Source of the DNA: Octopus vulgaris
Taxonomy: Eukaryota
Assembly (NCBI GenBank): GCA_951406725.2
Contig: OX597819.1
Coordinates: 42,346,001-42,410,000, forward strand
Length of the DNA stretch: 64,000 bases
Reading direction: 5' to 3'
Under the pieces are notes generated by a model that saw only the letters and a program-made list of their open reading frames with translations, was not told the origin of the DNA and did no database searches. The translations under genes and the position numbers were made by a program. The first letter of the stretch is position 1; each line of letters starts with the position of its first letter. This document shows, piece by piece, positions 13,704 to 26,745 of the stretch.

Positions 13704-14324
13704 GCAAAACAAAAAAGTTTATTCACATTGAAAGCAAATGTAATTTTATATTTCTTCTTAAGTGTAGATTTTGGTACTACACACACACACACACGCACAT
13801 ACACACACATTTACAAACATGCATGTCTATATACATATATGTACATATATATAATATATATATAGTATATATACAGCATATATAGCATATATGTATTAAT
13901 GTATATATGTGTATATATGCACACACTCACAAACGCTTATATATACATATATACATACGCGTGTGTGTATGTGGTTTTGAAGGAATCCTGAAGTGTATTT
14001 CTTGAGGTGAAACTGATATTGTTGTCATTACGGAGGATCATTCTGTCTATAAATCCCTGACACGGTTTGTAGTTCACTTCTGTTCAATTAATTAATGTAT
14101 TAATTAACTAATTAACAAACTTACTCATTAATTCTGTAGCGAAGGGCGTATAATTACACCCTTTGACGTTTCACTCCTACATTTGTTCTTTGCTACGGTT
14201 TATTTATAACATTACACTCCGTTGGTTTCTCATTTCGAGAACCCTACATGTCATTTCATCCGTTAAATCAAAGGGTCTGACGAAACAACTTCCCTAAGCC
14301 AATTAACAATGTTTAATTGATTTA

Positions 14325-14523
14325 AGGCGGGCAAATATTTAGCGGCATTTTGTCTGTCTTTACTTTCTGGGTTTAAGTTCCGCCGAGGTCAGCTTTACCT
14401 TTCATCCTTTCGGGGTCGATAAAATAAGTACCAGTAGAACACGGGGCGGGAGGTTGGAGGGTCAATGTAATCGACTTCCCTTCGCCCGAAATTACGGGCC
14501 TTGTGCCTAAATTTGAAAGCAAT
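14325..14523 (+). mobile_element. tRNA-derived SINE family C
   Basis: Central motif ttcatcctttcggggtcgataaaataagtaccag and 3' ggccttgtgcc.aaatttgaaa shared with copies at 42556, 56012, 56962, 61322 and 61655. Confidence 0.8.
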
Positions 14524-14530
14524 TAAGCAA

Positions 14531-14672
14531 TTACATTATTTACATTCGACGAATATTTGTCCTCATCTTGTTTGTTGTTAACACAAAGTTTTGGCTGATA
14601 TACCCTCCAGCCTTCTTCAGGTGTCTTGGGGAAATTTCGAACCTGGGTTCTCATTCCTATGGTATTCTTCGA

Positions 14673-14703
<31 letters not shown>

Positions 14704-14849
14704 ATTATTATTATTATTATTATTATCATCAATATAATTATTATTGTTCAGGTCACAATATTATTATTATTGTTCAGGTCACTGCTTGGAATCGAACTCG
14801 GAATCTTGGGGTTAGTAGCCCGCGCTCTTAACCACTACGCCATATGCCC
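14531..14849 (-). mobile_element. Composite SINE: tRNA-like head, (AAT)/(AAC)n, then a 3' module with a degenerate hammerhead
   Basis: Minus strand: gggcatatggcgtagtggttaagagcgc (A box)...gagttcgattcc (B box); downstream ACAC-CUGAAGA-A-GGCUG..CAGCC-aAAA-CUUU-GUGU at 14581-14624. Confidence 0.65.
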
Positions 14850-14889
14850 GTGGGCATATGGCGTGTGTTAATTAAGCAATTAACTAATT

Positions 14890-15212
14890 TGTTAGTTAAT
14901 TATAAAACAGAACCGTCAATGTGTGACCATAGATGTTTGGTAAGAAATCATTCAATCCAAAAATTGGTCTGGTTATTGGTCAGTGATCCTCCATCCATCG
15001 TACAACCCGGATCTGTCGCCATTTAACTTCCGCTTCTTCGCTCCAATGAAGACAGACTTTGGGGACAACAAGTGTATGATACAGGCGAGGTGATGGTAGC
15101 AGTAAAGAAGTGGTTAGAATGGTAAAAACGCAAATGTTTTCAAAGAGGCATCGACAGTTAGGTTCAACGACGGTGTAAATGCATCGCTCGCAATGGAGAC
15201 TATGTTGAGTAA
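14890..15212 (+). pseudogene. Mariner transposase C-terminal remnant
   Basis: Reads PSYNPDLSP (YSPDLAP-like) and RGID...KCIARNGDYVE*. Confidence 0.7.
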
Positions 15213-15315
15213 TATTGAGGAAGAAGCACTCAGCCAACATGTGCAACTTGGATGAGCTGAGATACATACATGCACAGCACAAACATTTGAACACTACGAT
15301 AGCCTATCATCATTG

Positions 15316-15838
15316 TATGTATGTATGTATGTATGTATGTATGTATGTATGTATGTATGTATGTATGTATGTATGTATGTATGTATGTATGTATGTATGT
15401 ATGTATGTATGTATGTATGTATGTATGTATGTATGTCATGTATGTATGTATGTATGTATGTATGTATGTATGTATGTATGTATGTATGTATGTATGTATG
15501 TATGTATGTATGTATGTATGTATGTATGTATGTATGTATGTATGTATGTATGTATGTATGTATGTATGTATGTATGTATGTATGTATGTATGTATGTATG
15601 TATGTATGTATGTATGTATGTATGTATGTATGTATGTATGTATGTATGTATGTATGTATGTATGTATGTATGTATGTATGTATGTATGTATGTATGTATG
15701 TATGTATGTATGTATGTATGTATGTATGTATGTATGTATGTATGTATGTATGTATGTATGTATGTATGTATGTATGTATGTATGTATGTATGTATGCATG
15801 CATGCATGCATGCATGTATGTATGTATGTATGTATGTA
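15316..15838. repeat. (TATG)n microsatellite, about 520 bp
   Basis: Directly visible. Confidence 0.97.
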
Positions 15839-15845
15839 TTATGTG

Positions 15846-16110
15846 TGAAAGCGCATTGCTCAGTGGCTAGAGCGTCGGGCTTACGATCGTGACGTCGTGA
15901 GTTCGATTCTCGGACCGGGCTGCGTGTTGTGTTCTTAAGCAAGACACTTTATTTCACATTGCTCCAGTTCATTCAGCTGCAGAAATGACTTGCGACGTCA
16001 ACGGTGCCAAGTTGTATCAGCATTTGCCTTTCCCTTGGATAACACTTGTTGCGTGGCGAGGGGAGGCCGATATGCATGGGCAACTGCTGGTCTTCCATAA
16101 ACAACCTTGC
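15846..16110 (+). mobile_element. tRNA-derived SINE family B, 3'-truncated
   Basis: A box ctcagtggctagagc, B box gagttcgattc, CORE-like tgttgtgttctt.agcaagacactt; paralog at 44463-44790. Confidence 0.85.
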
Positions 16111-16888
16111 AGGTGTGTGGATGATGGTGTGGGGCGGGAAAGTAGTCAGTGCTAGTGTGTGCGTGGTGGTGTGATGTGATGTGGTGTTGTGTGGTATGGT
16201 GGTGTATAGTGTGGTGGTGTTAGATTGTGGGGAGGCGAGATTGGAGAAAGCAAGGGTAAGGTGTGAGTTAGCCTGAGGGTGAGGTATGTGGGTGGGTGTG
16301 TAAGGGATGGATATGGAAGGTGGGGTTGGATTGTGTAGGGGTGGGGTTACGAGGGGGTGACGATGAAGGGAGAGGGGGAAGGGAGAAGGTGGATAGGAGT
16401 GAAGAGAAGAGAGAAGGAGAGTAGTAGTGAAGAGAAGAAGTGGGAGTCGGAGCAAGAGAGGAGAGGTGAGTGGTAGGAAGTGGGTGTGAGAGGGAGAGAG
16501 GAGAGGGGAGGAGGGTTAGATGAAAAGGGGAGGAGAGATGAGCCCATGTGGCGCAAAGGAGCGAAGAGAGAAGTTTAATCTCTGTTAGCGGCGAAAACGG
16601 GAGTCCGGATGGCCCGTGTGTAAAGACAATCCGAACACGGACAGAGTGACCGGTAGAGCGGAAATGGCGCAAGACCGGGGTGTCATTGCCGAGTCGGCTG
16701 TCTCGGAGATGTTCCGTGAACTGGTCAGCCAAGTCCCAGAGAGAGAAGGAGATAAGTAAATGACATTGTTAGAAGTGCAGGTGAAGGAGTCGGTGATATG
16801 ATAGGGTCGATGATGGGTGCCGGTGAGGAGGGTGGTGTTGGAGAGGTAAGGGCAAGTGCGGCAGCGTGGACGAGAGCAGGGTAACGAG
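16111..16888 (-). pseudogene. 5'-truncated Penelope-like (Neptune-like) element, GIY-YIG plus 3' UTR
   Basis: Reads PCSRPRCRTCPY...FTCTSNNVIYL and L.DQFTEHLRD.....TPV.RHF..TGHS, followed by a pyrimidine-rich tail. Confidence 0.75.
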
Positions 16889-18145
16889 CCACACAAGAGC
16901 GAGAATGCCACTATCGGTGCATCGGTACACTGTTTCCCCCTTTTGAAGTTTCATCTTGTAAAGATCGGGCGACATGTTATACCTGTGCATCCTCACAGTC
17001 CAATAGGCATTAGTTCTCCTCGCCTGCAGCTGCCGGAACAGGTCTGAACTGGAAAACCAGTTGTCCATGTAAATATTGCAACCTTTGTCAAACAAGTTTT
17101 CATTCAGTGACAACACGATATCAGTTGACGGTAGAGTAGATGCTGGAAAATCCAATCTGTCCTGACCTGTGTAGATTTTGTAATTCTACGTGTACCCACA
17201 GGCACTGCATACTTTATAAATCTTGACTCCAAAGCAGGCACGTTCGGTCGGGTTGTATTGCTTGAATCGGAGCCTTCCCTTGAATTTCTACAAATTCTCG
17301 TCCGCACAAATGTCCCATGTGGGAACATTCACCGTTCTGAAATTTTCAAACACTTTGTCAACGATAGGACGTATTTTGTGCGGCCTGTCATCCTGATTCT
17401 CGCCTGAGTTGAAATGTAAATTTCGAAGAAGCGCCAAAAATCGATCACGTGGCATCATTTCCGGAAGGAAAAGTATCGATGGCATAAGAGTCGGTTTGTT
17501 CACGATGCCCATCAGTATCAGCAGGACAAGCAAAACTTTGATTTTGGCCCCTTTGTTTGGAAACCAATCACCACCATGCCCGGGTCTGTCATTCTGGGGA
17601 TGGTTTTCAGCATAGTCATTCGTAGAAGATTTCCAATGGCGAACTGCCATGTTCAAGGTTTGCCTTTATGCCAGGCGTACCAGTAAACCCATGCCGTCGG
17701 ATTAAGTTGTCTCTCGCTTGCCATGCGGTATTCTGTTGTTCAGAGCCATTCCTTGCTGCCCGCCTGTACCTTTGATTCATCGGAATATCCTCATCGCTAT
17801 CGGAATCACCTTGTTCTGATCTAGGAAAATACTCACTCTTCGAGTCATCGTCCGAACCGGAAGAAACAACTGGTGAGGTGGCGGCGCTTGCTGTAGCTTG
17901 GCGCAACGACCGTAAATTCGACGAAACAGGACACGGCGACAAAGTTGACACAGCCAGAGTAACAGGACCAGCCTATCGGGTTGTAAATATTTACATGAAA
18001 CATCTAATCGGCCGATCAGTTGGCAGGTGGACCGGTACTAACTCGGGCGACTGGTTCTAAACCAGGAGGTCTATAATTACGTCGACCGATTTAAAGCATG
18101 TGCATTGCGTGCGTCAATTTACGTGAACCGTTTTAAAAGTATTAA
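16889..18145 (-). pseudogene. piggyBac (PGBD-like) transposase remnant, 5' half
   Basis: Reads MPRDRFLALLRNLHF, KIRPIVD..., ICADE, LFDKGCNIYMDNWFSS.DLF..L, after an acidic Ser-rich N-terminus; TTAA at about 18142; several frameshifts. Confidence 0.88.
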
Positions 18146-18847
18146 TGTGCAAGTGGCTGAGTACTCCACAGACACGTGTGTACATCCTTAACGCAATTCC
18201 CAGGGAAATTCAGCATAGCACAATGTGTGACAAGGCTGTACTTTTTTGATTTTACAACTCATTTGATGGGCTTCGATACAATTTCCTGCCATCCAATATC
18301 ACTTAAAAGGCACGACCTGATGCTATGGGATGCTATAGTTTCCCATAAACAAATTCACAAAAAAATATATATATTGGTCGCCCTGGAGTTATTACTCAAA
18401 GTGTCACACAGTAGGATCGAACCCCTACAACAATGTGGTTGTGATGAGAACTTTGTAGCCGTCCAGTCATAAATACGCCTCTTGCAAAAAAAGTTTGGTT
18501 AGCAACATCAAATAACTCATGAAAAATTTAAATACTATTCGCCAGAGAAGTTCTTTCAGACTGGTACTGGTTTGCTTGCTTGGGGTGAAACTAACAAATG
18601 TCGTGCTCTAGTATTATTCTATCATACAGCCAAGTCCCATTTCTTATCAACATTTAATGCTTGTTTATAGTCAGGAATGGCGACGGATTTCTCTAGGAAC
18701 CGACGATACTGCTATTTTTATTCCCGTAAATGACGTATAACGTTTTCTATCGTTAGTATAGTTGTTATTTTTGTACTTTCTGTTCGACACACTATTTTCC
18801 TTTCCTTTTACTTACCACATGACAACAATGTTGCTAACCCTACCCCA

Positions 18848-18884
<37 letters not shown>

Positions 18885-18890
<6 letters not shown>

Positions 18891-19092
18891 GTATGACCTC
18901 TTGTGTATCTTTGGCGATTTTCTTTCTCCGTCTTCCCTTCTTTGGACTTTTTCTATATTTCTGATGAAGAGCTCCGCTCGAAACGTGAATTCCTCTTTCT
19001 TTTCTTTCCTTTCCTGAGTGTCCAATAACACAATACTTGTTCCACGTCCTCGCGTTGTTGTTTTTTCTTGCTTGTTCTTGATTGGATTGACT
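18885..19092 (+). mobile_element. Family H1 HHR element, cleavage triplet mutated to GUG
   Basis: attt-CTGATGA-A-GAGC(TCC)GCTC-GAAA-CG-TG-aat at 18957-18991; (TA)n flanks; partial second copy at 19357-19421. Confidence 0.78.
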
Positions 19093-19784
19093 ATATATAT
19101 ATATATATATATAATAGCAAATAAACGTGTTCGCGTTACGAGTATTGTTGTAATTATGGAGAGGAGGGAGAAAGAAACTAAAGGGAGACAATGGGGGGGG
19201 ATTTTTTTCTTACATTTGGAATACGAATTCCTCAAGATTACATAAATTTATTATCTACTTTACAACTTCATTATGAAACTAATTATCTTTATTTTCTTTC
19301 TCTTCATTCATATCACTGTTGTCCTATTGATCTTCATTTTATAACACAATTTCCCTACTTGTTCCACGTCCTCGCGTTGTTGTTTTTTCTTGTTATCTTG
19401 TTCCCCTTGATTGGATTGACTATATATATATATATATATATAATAGCAAATAAACGTGTTCGCGTTACAGTAAGTTGTATTAGTTATATTAACCCAAGCA
19501 AAATTATTATTCAATGCTGTATAAAATATATTAAAACTAGATTAACGATTGGTTTTATGAAATTATCAAAGAGTTTAACAGTAACTTAACCGTTCAAATC
19601 GAGTTACTTAGAAACTGAATACATCTTTTACAAATACATACACACATCTATATTTATTTATATATGTATTTAAATGTATGTGTGTGTGTATGCGCGTGTA
19701 CGCACACACACACACACACACACATAACAAGCAAATTAGCTACTCAAGAAAATCTCTAAAAGCGATGAAAGCAGTAAACAAGTG

Positions 19785-20192
19785 TTGTTTAACGCCACCT
19801 AAACACGGCTGTTCCCTAGGAACCGACGATACTGTCTTCAGCTGCTTATGCAGTGCGCTCTGCACTCGATACACATATTAGAAGCGGGGGGAAGAACTCC
19901 CTACTATTTTAGCCCTGGGACCATCAAACGAGTAGTTTCGACCTTCTTATGGTCATCTTCGGTGATGGATACTCGTCCGCTAGACAAAGTAATAGTTCAC
20001 TCCAGCACGCAACATATAAAAAAATATAAGTGACACACAGTCACTGATCTTGCAAGAAGCAAACAAATCGAGACAATCTAGATAAGAGAGCGCACTGCAT
20101 AACCAGCTGGAGGAGGTGGCCTCCTGGGATTAAATACAGCAGTATCGTCGGTTCCTAGAGAAAACAGCCGGGCTTAGGTGGCATTAAGCACT
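19785..20192. mobile_element. Foldback HHR element related to the retrozyme-like family at 29 kb and 54 kb
   Basis: Inverted arms 19785-19861 and 20087-20192; minus-strand HHR at 19921-19968: CCAUCA-CCGAAGA-U-GACC(AUAAGAA)GGUC-GAAA-CUACUCG-UU-UGAUGG. Confidence 0.72.
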
Positions 20193-20352
20193 ACTTATAT
20201 ACATACATTCATACATGCATACATATATACATACATATATATATATATATACACATATACAACACACATATATAAGTATGTATACATATATGTAATTATG
20301 TATGTATATATATGTATATATATATGTATATATATATATATCTATATGTCTA

Positions 20353-20433
<81 letters not shown>

Positions 20434-20454
20434 CTCTTTTACTATTTTACTCTT

Positions 20455-20650
20455 TTACTTGTTTCAGTCATTTGACTGCGGCCATGCTAGAGCACCGCCT
20501 TTAGTCGAGCAAATCGATCCCGGGACTTATTCTTTGTAAGCCCAGTACTTATTCTATCGGTCTCTTTTGCCGAACCGCTAAGTGACGGGGACGTAAACAC
20601 ACCAGCATCGGTTGTCAAGCAATGCTAGGGGGACAAACACAGACACACAA

Positions 20651-20681
<31 letters not shown>

Positions 20682-20847
20682 CATATATACGACAGACTTC
20701 TTTCAGTTTCCGTCTACCAAATTCAATCACAAGGCATTGGTCAGCCCGGGGCTATAGCAGAAGACACTTGCCCAAGATGCCACGCAGTGGGACTGAACCC
20801 GGAACCATGTGGTTGTTTAGCAAGCTACTTACCACACAGCCACTCCT
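20455..20847 (-). mobile_element. SINE family A
   Basis: Reverse-complement match to 1026-1465. Confidence 0.9.
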
Positions 20848-20932
20848 TATATATATATACACATACACATACACATACACACATATACACATATGCAACA
20901 CATATATATATGTATACATATATGTAATTATG

Positions 20933-20965
<33 letters not shown>

Positions 20966-20987
20966 ATATATATATATACATATGCCT

Positions 20988-21019
<32 letters not shown>

Positions 21020-21022
21020 CTA

Positions 21023-21103
<81 letters not shown>

Positions 21104-21129
21104 AATATTTATATATATATATATATACA

Positions 21130-21188
<59 letters not shown>

Positions 21189-21204
21189 TTAGAATATATA
21201 TATA

Positions 21205-21545
21205 TCTAACTAATAGCACCATGGAATCTTTATTGGATTTGAGCATTATATTGTTTGCGGAGACATATATACTGTTTGAAGGAATTTGTATCATATATGA
21301 AGAGAGCGGTCCAATTGAGGTGAAATATATTGTCGTTATGTGATGCGATTTAGATTTTTGTTGTGGACGGATGGCACGTGGTCCAAGTCTTGGATGCATT
21401 TTGAAGGTGATGCCAACATCATTCGGACAGTGCTGATGGAATATTTTCCACATCATACAGATAATGTAGCGTTCACGGCGTCGTTGGAGTGAATACAATT
21501 TCAGCTTCTCTAGTCTACCCCAGTAGTCAAGGTCTGACATGCCAT
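21205..21545 (-). pseudogene. CR1-group LINE ORF2 C-terminal fragment in (TA)n
   Basis: Reads DYWGRLEKLKLYSLQRRRERY...MWKI (Y.ERL..L.L.SL..RR motif). Confidence 0.75.
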
Positions 21546-21590
21546 CTATATATATATATATATATATTTATATATGTCATATATATATAT

Positions 21591-21666
<76 letters not shown>

Positions 21667-21681
21667 TATATTTATATATAT

Positions 21682-21828
<147 letters not shown>

Positions 21829-22189
21829 TAGACATATATATATATTTATATATACACGACTGGCTTCTTTCAGTTTCCGTTCAGCAAATCCACCGACAAA
21901 GGCTTGTTCTGCTCGAGGCTATAGTTGAAGACACTTACAGTCATGTCTGTGTGGTTAAGAAAGATACTGGTTTGGCGATCACATGGTTTTGATTTCAGTC
22001 CCACAACGCTGCACCTTAGACAAGTGCCTTCTACTGTAGCCCCAGGTCGACCAAAACTTCGTGAGTGGATTTGCTGAACGGAAACTGAAGGAAGCTTGCC
22101 GTAAATCTGAGTGCGCGCGCACGTTTGTGTATCCGCTTGCATGTGAGTGCTTGCGTGTGTACAGTGTAATTAAAGTACATATAAACGTG

Positions 22190-23255
22190 CACAACATATA
22201 ACCGATGAAAGAGAATTCCACATGGTCCTTTAGACTCTCAAAGAGATAACTGAAAAGGACATTTGTGATGTCACGCGGAGTTGTCCAGATTTGTAGAATA
22301 TGGATAAACAGTGCATGGCAAGAAAATGAATTATTAAATGACTTACTTGTAATAATACAACATGAAAGGCATGTCAGAACCAACAGGTATTCATACCTTT
22401 GAAAACAAGGAATACTGGTGGAACACCCCAATAAAAACATCATTTCGGTGCGAACATAACAGACTTGTTGTGTGTGACAAATGTCATGCGCTGTTGTTGA
22501 GGTCAGCTGCCCAGCGGATGTAAATGTACAATCAAAAGTCCAGGAGAAAGAGAACATTTATAGCGAATTAATACAGAACTTACAGCTCTTGCACCCTGAC
22601 TATGAATTCTCATTTGTACTTATCATCATAGGTGCTTTAGGTTATGTACTAACAAATTTAAATGAAAACTTGGTTTTTGGATTTGGTTTGCAAGATTCTT
22701 TATATGAGTTCGTGTGTTGAAGCATATTCTGTTTTTTTTTGGGGTGGCTCATTTTCTGTTTGTGCCTTATAATTTAACACACTCATCAGTAAAATTTCCA
22801 CTTGTTTCTTATTTTTATTTATTTTTTTTAAATAAGAAATAAGTGGAAATTTTACCGGTGAGTGTGTTAAATTATAAGACACAAAAAGAAATTGACTCTC
22901 CTCAGACACAATAGAAATACTTGGTTTCACAGAAAAAGAGCAAAACGACTCAGATTCTCCAAATCCAATCCATTAGTGGCACAGTGAAGATTTGTAAGAC
23001 ATTCCAAAAATTCTCTGTCTGAGATTCTTCTATGAATAGATGCACAATAAAGCATCAAATCTGTACAGCCATAACAGATTCTTATATGAATAGAGGCATA
23101 CACTTGGGTGTATATATTGACACTTCAACCAATACACCAACTCAATGGCATATTTACAAACAACGGGAACACTCTTAACACAAAACGTCTTGGTGCTTTG
23201 TTAGCAACTGGTTTGATCTCTCTCAAGAAGAGCTTAAATTAAATTTAAAGAAAAG
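22190..23255 (+). pseudogene. R4/Dong-like non-LTR retrotransposon 3' part (restriction-like endonuclease plus 3' UTR)
   Basis: Reads VVEVSCPADVNVQSKVQEKENIYSELIQNLQLLHPDYEF..VLIIIGALGYV; ends directly in (CATA)n at about 23256. Confidence 0.78.
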
Positions 23256-23370
23256 CATACATACATACATACATACATACATACATACATACATACATAC
23301 GTACATACGTACGCACGTACATGCATGCATATATACATACCAACATAAATACATGAATACATTTATACAT

Positions 23371-23600
23371 AGGCGCAGGCGTGGCTGAGTGGTAAGTAGC
23401 TTGCTAACGAGCCACATGGTTCCAGGTTCAGTCCCACTGCGTAACACCTTGGGCAAGTGTCTTCTACTATAGCCTCGGGCCGACCAAAGCCTTGTATTGA
23501 ATAGGCTTATAAAGAATCTCCTGGGGTCGATTTGCTCGACTAAAGGCGGTGCTCCAGCATGGTCACAGTCAAATGACTGAAACAAGTAAAAGAGTAAGAG
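23371..23600 (+). mobile_element. SINE family A, internally deleted
   Basis: Head and tail match 1026-1465; the central microsatellite region is missing. Confidence 0.85.
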
Positions 23601-24471
23601 AGTATATGCATACGCACATATAAGTACATATATATATTTCCACACATCGTACAAAGAGGGAATATGGTGACTTTGAAGAGACAACTTTGCCTTAGCTTTC
23701 ATATTATTCCTATGGCGTACATTAGAAAATGGTTTTGAGAAAATTAATTCTTATTCTCTGTATTTAAAGGATTCCTGGTATTTTCCACCGACGTTTTTTC
23801 CACTTCACCATCTATTTTTGCCAGAGCCGTGGGAATTCGTTAGATACAAGCAAAATATATTTATTTATCATTTATTTTTCAACTTACACGATAAAAATAA
23901 TAAAACAAATCGTTGACTTCTCCAGACAATTCTGTCGCCCTTTGTTAGAAGTTAATGTACTTTACCACATAAATGTACCGACAGGAACACATGCCTGAAC
24001 ACATGTGTATACTCGTATATATATGCGTGTGTATATATGTATATATATATATATACATACACACATATATATTTATATATATTTATATATATATATATAC
24101 ACACACACACATATATATATATACATATATATACATATATATATACATATATATATATACATATATATATATGTATGTATGTATGTATTATATATATATA
24201 TGTATAGATATGTGTGTGCGTGTAAGTATATGTCTATCTGTATGTACGCACGTAATTTTTTTCGTCTCAAAATACTTGAAACATATCCCCCACGGCAGCT
24301 GCGAGATATTCAATATTTTGAAAATAAATCTTTGAAAAAAAAATTAATTAAAATGAACTTTAAAAAAAAAGTTGCTAGGTTTCCTTGACATGCAATATGC
24401 AGTTTCTTGATCAAGATGAGGATGATGATGATGATGTGTGTGTGTGTGTGTGTGTGCGTGTGCGTGTGCGT

Positions 24472-24513
<42 letters not shown>

Positions 24514-25243
24514 TTATATCAAATTACTTCTATCGACCACGTACAAGTTGTTTCATTATGTCGTCGTTGATGACGTAGCCTTCTAATTATTTTTTGGTTT
24601 GGTCATTATGGGAGGAATTTTACAGCAACAAGGATTGCACGGTTGCGTCTAGTTTCACCAACGTTGGCTGTGTATCGTTTCAGCTACGATACGGCAGCCA
24701 CACTTACACCAGGCCTGCGTTGATGCATCAATGTAAACAGAAAACTGTTTGATAACATTGAAAATGATCAGGTAGTTTAATGGTAGAAGATTGATAGTCG
24801 CTCTGCCGATATAGCTCAGGGTGGGTACCAAATTATGTGTTCAAAGGTCAGCGTTCACTCTTCACACAGAGCAGATATACTGGTGGGATAGTCAGAGTTC
24901 GCGTCACACGCGCACCAAGAACATAACATAATATATATATATATATAAATTTACAAATACGTACATATATACACACGTGCAGACACACACACACGGACCA
25001 CACACACGCACCACACGCACACATATACACACAAATATATGTAAGTATGTATATGTGTGTGTATATAGAGGTATATATATATGTGTGTGTGTATATATAT
25101 ATATGTATTTATGTATGTGTACATGTATATACTTTTATATATACATAACATACTATGTATATGTGTGTATATAGAATTATATGTATATATATGTGTGTGC
25201 GTGTATGTGTGTGTGTTTGTGTTTGTGTGTGTATTTGTGTATG

Positions 25244-25281
<38 letters not shown>

Positions 25282-25286
<5 letters not shown>

Positions 25287-25475
25287 TCCAAACATGAAAA
25301 CACAAAGAGAAAACACAACAACGCGAGGACGTGGAACAAATATAGTATTATTGGACGCTCAGGAAGGAAGGGAAGAAGGAGAGTTTAACGTTTCGAGCGG
25401 AGCTCTTCGTCAGAAACATAGGAAAAGGAAAGATCCAGAGAAGGGAAGACGGAGGAAAAAAAAATCGCCAACGGT
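25282..25475 (-). mobile_element. Family H1 HHR element, intact HHR at 25383-25417
   Basis: GUUU-CUGACGA-A-GAGC(UCC)GCUC-GAAA-CG-UU-AAAC; (TA)n flanks. Confidence 0.82.
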
Positions 25476-26126
25476 ATATATATATACTTTTGTATATATA
25501 TATGTTGATCAAATAATTGCATTGTTGAATTATTCTTTTAGATCAGTATTTCTCAACGGGGATTTCAAGGCAGAGTTTCAGGGAGTCGCTGGCGATGTAT
25601 CGTGGTGATCAAAAATCCGGCCTGCTAAAATTTGGTTAAAGTGATTCAAACTGCAGACTCAACGCAAAATAGTCACATTTAATTCAAAGCGTTAAAAATG
25701 TTATGAAAACAATTGGTATGTGTTCACAAAGTCCAAACGATTAATACGAAAAAAACCCTCCAGGCTACATCCCGAAAATTAATTTCTTTGTCGAATTTCT
25801 ACAATGTTTACGGCGATTCGTTATTATATCTTGATTTTTTTTTATTTTTCATGCAATTTACGCATGCTTGCACGCATGGTGAAGACAGTTCACGTCAAAC
25901 AGCTGACTGAGTAAAGTTCACTATTCAATGCATGGGATAAGGCCTAAACAAACACATTATCGATTTTTGCACTTGCGAGATGAATTTCGGAACAGAAATA
26001 GCGCAGTTCAATTTTCATTCGCCTAAACTTTAAGTGACCCATTTTTGGTGGTTCTACGATTTGTTGGCTAGGAGATGTGCCGGGAAGTTAAACACACAGA
26101 TACACACACAGACACACAAGTTGTTT

Positions 26127-26171
<45 letters not shown>

Positions 26172-26195
26172 GCAAACATATGCATATATATATAT

Positions 26196-26236
<41 letters not shown>

Positions 26237-26448
26237 TGTGTGTGTGTGTGTGTGTTTGTGTGTCTGTGTTTGTTCCACCACCATCGCTTGACACCGATGT
26301 TGTTCACGTCACTATAACGTAGCGGTTCGGTAAAAGTGACAGATAGAATAAGTACTAGGCTTACAAAGAATAAGCCCTGCCGTCGATTTCTGCGACTAAA
26401 AGTTGTGCTACAGCATTGCCGCAGTCAAAATAAAGTATGTGTGTGTAT

Positions 26449-26523
<75 letters not shown>

Positions 26524-26539
26524 TGTGTGTGTGAGTGTG

Positions 26540-26745
26540 TAGTCAGATCAAGCTTTAAAAATATCAAATAACGAAACAACAAAAGAACGTACATATGAAA
26601 TGCATTTGCTTGACGTTCAGGAAAAGTGAATAAAAAGAGTGTTTTCGTGTTACGTATCGAGCATAGCTCTTCGTCAGAAAGAGAAGTAATGAAAGATCCG
26701 AAGAAGGAAAAACAAAAGATCCAGGGAAAACACATGCATGATTAC
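26540..26745 (-). mobile_element. Diverged relative of family H1, degenerate HHR
   Basis: Minus strand CUGACGA-A-GAGC(UAU)GCUC-GAUA-CGUA at about 26650-26680. Confidence 0.6.

Noticed and set aside
14778-14849. Possible true tRNA gene (minus strand)
   Set aside because: The acceptor stem pairs poorly, the ACU anticodon is atypical, there is no oligo-T terminator, and it runs into an AAT tail; treated as a SINE head
15215-15942. Long ORFs (MYVC/YIHT repeats), likewise at 10.2-10.7, 40.4-42.0, 47.6-48.4 and 51.9-52.3 kb
   Set aside because: Translations of stop-free microsatellites, not genes
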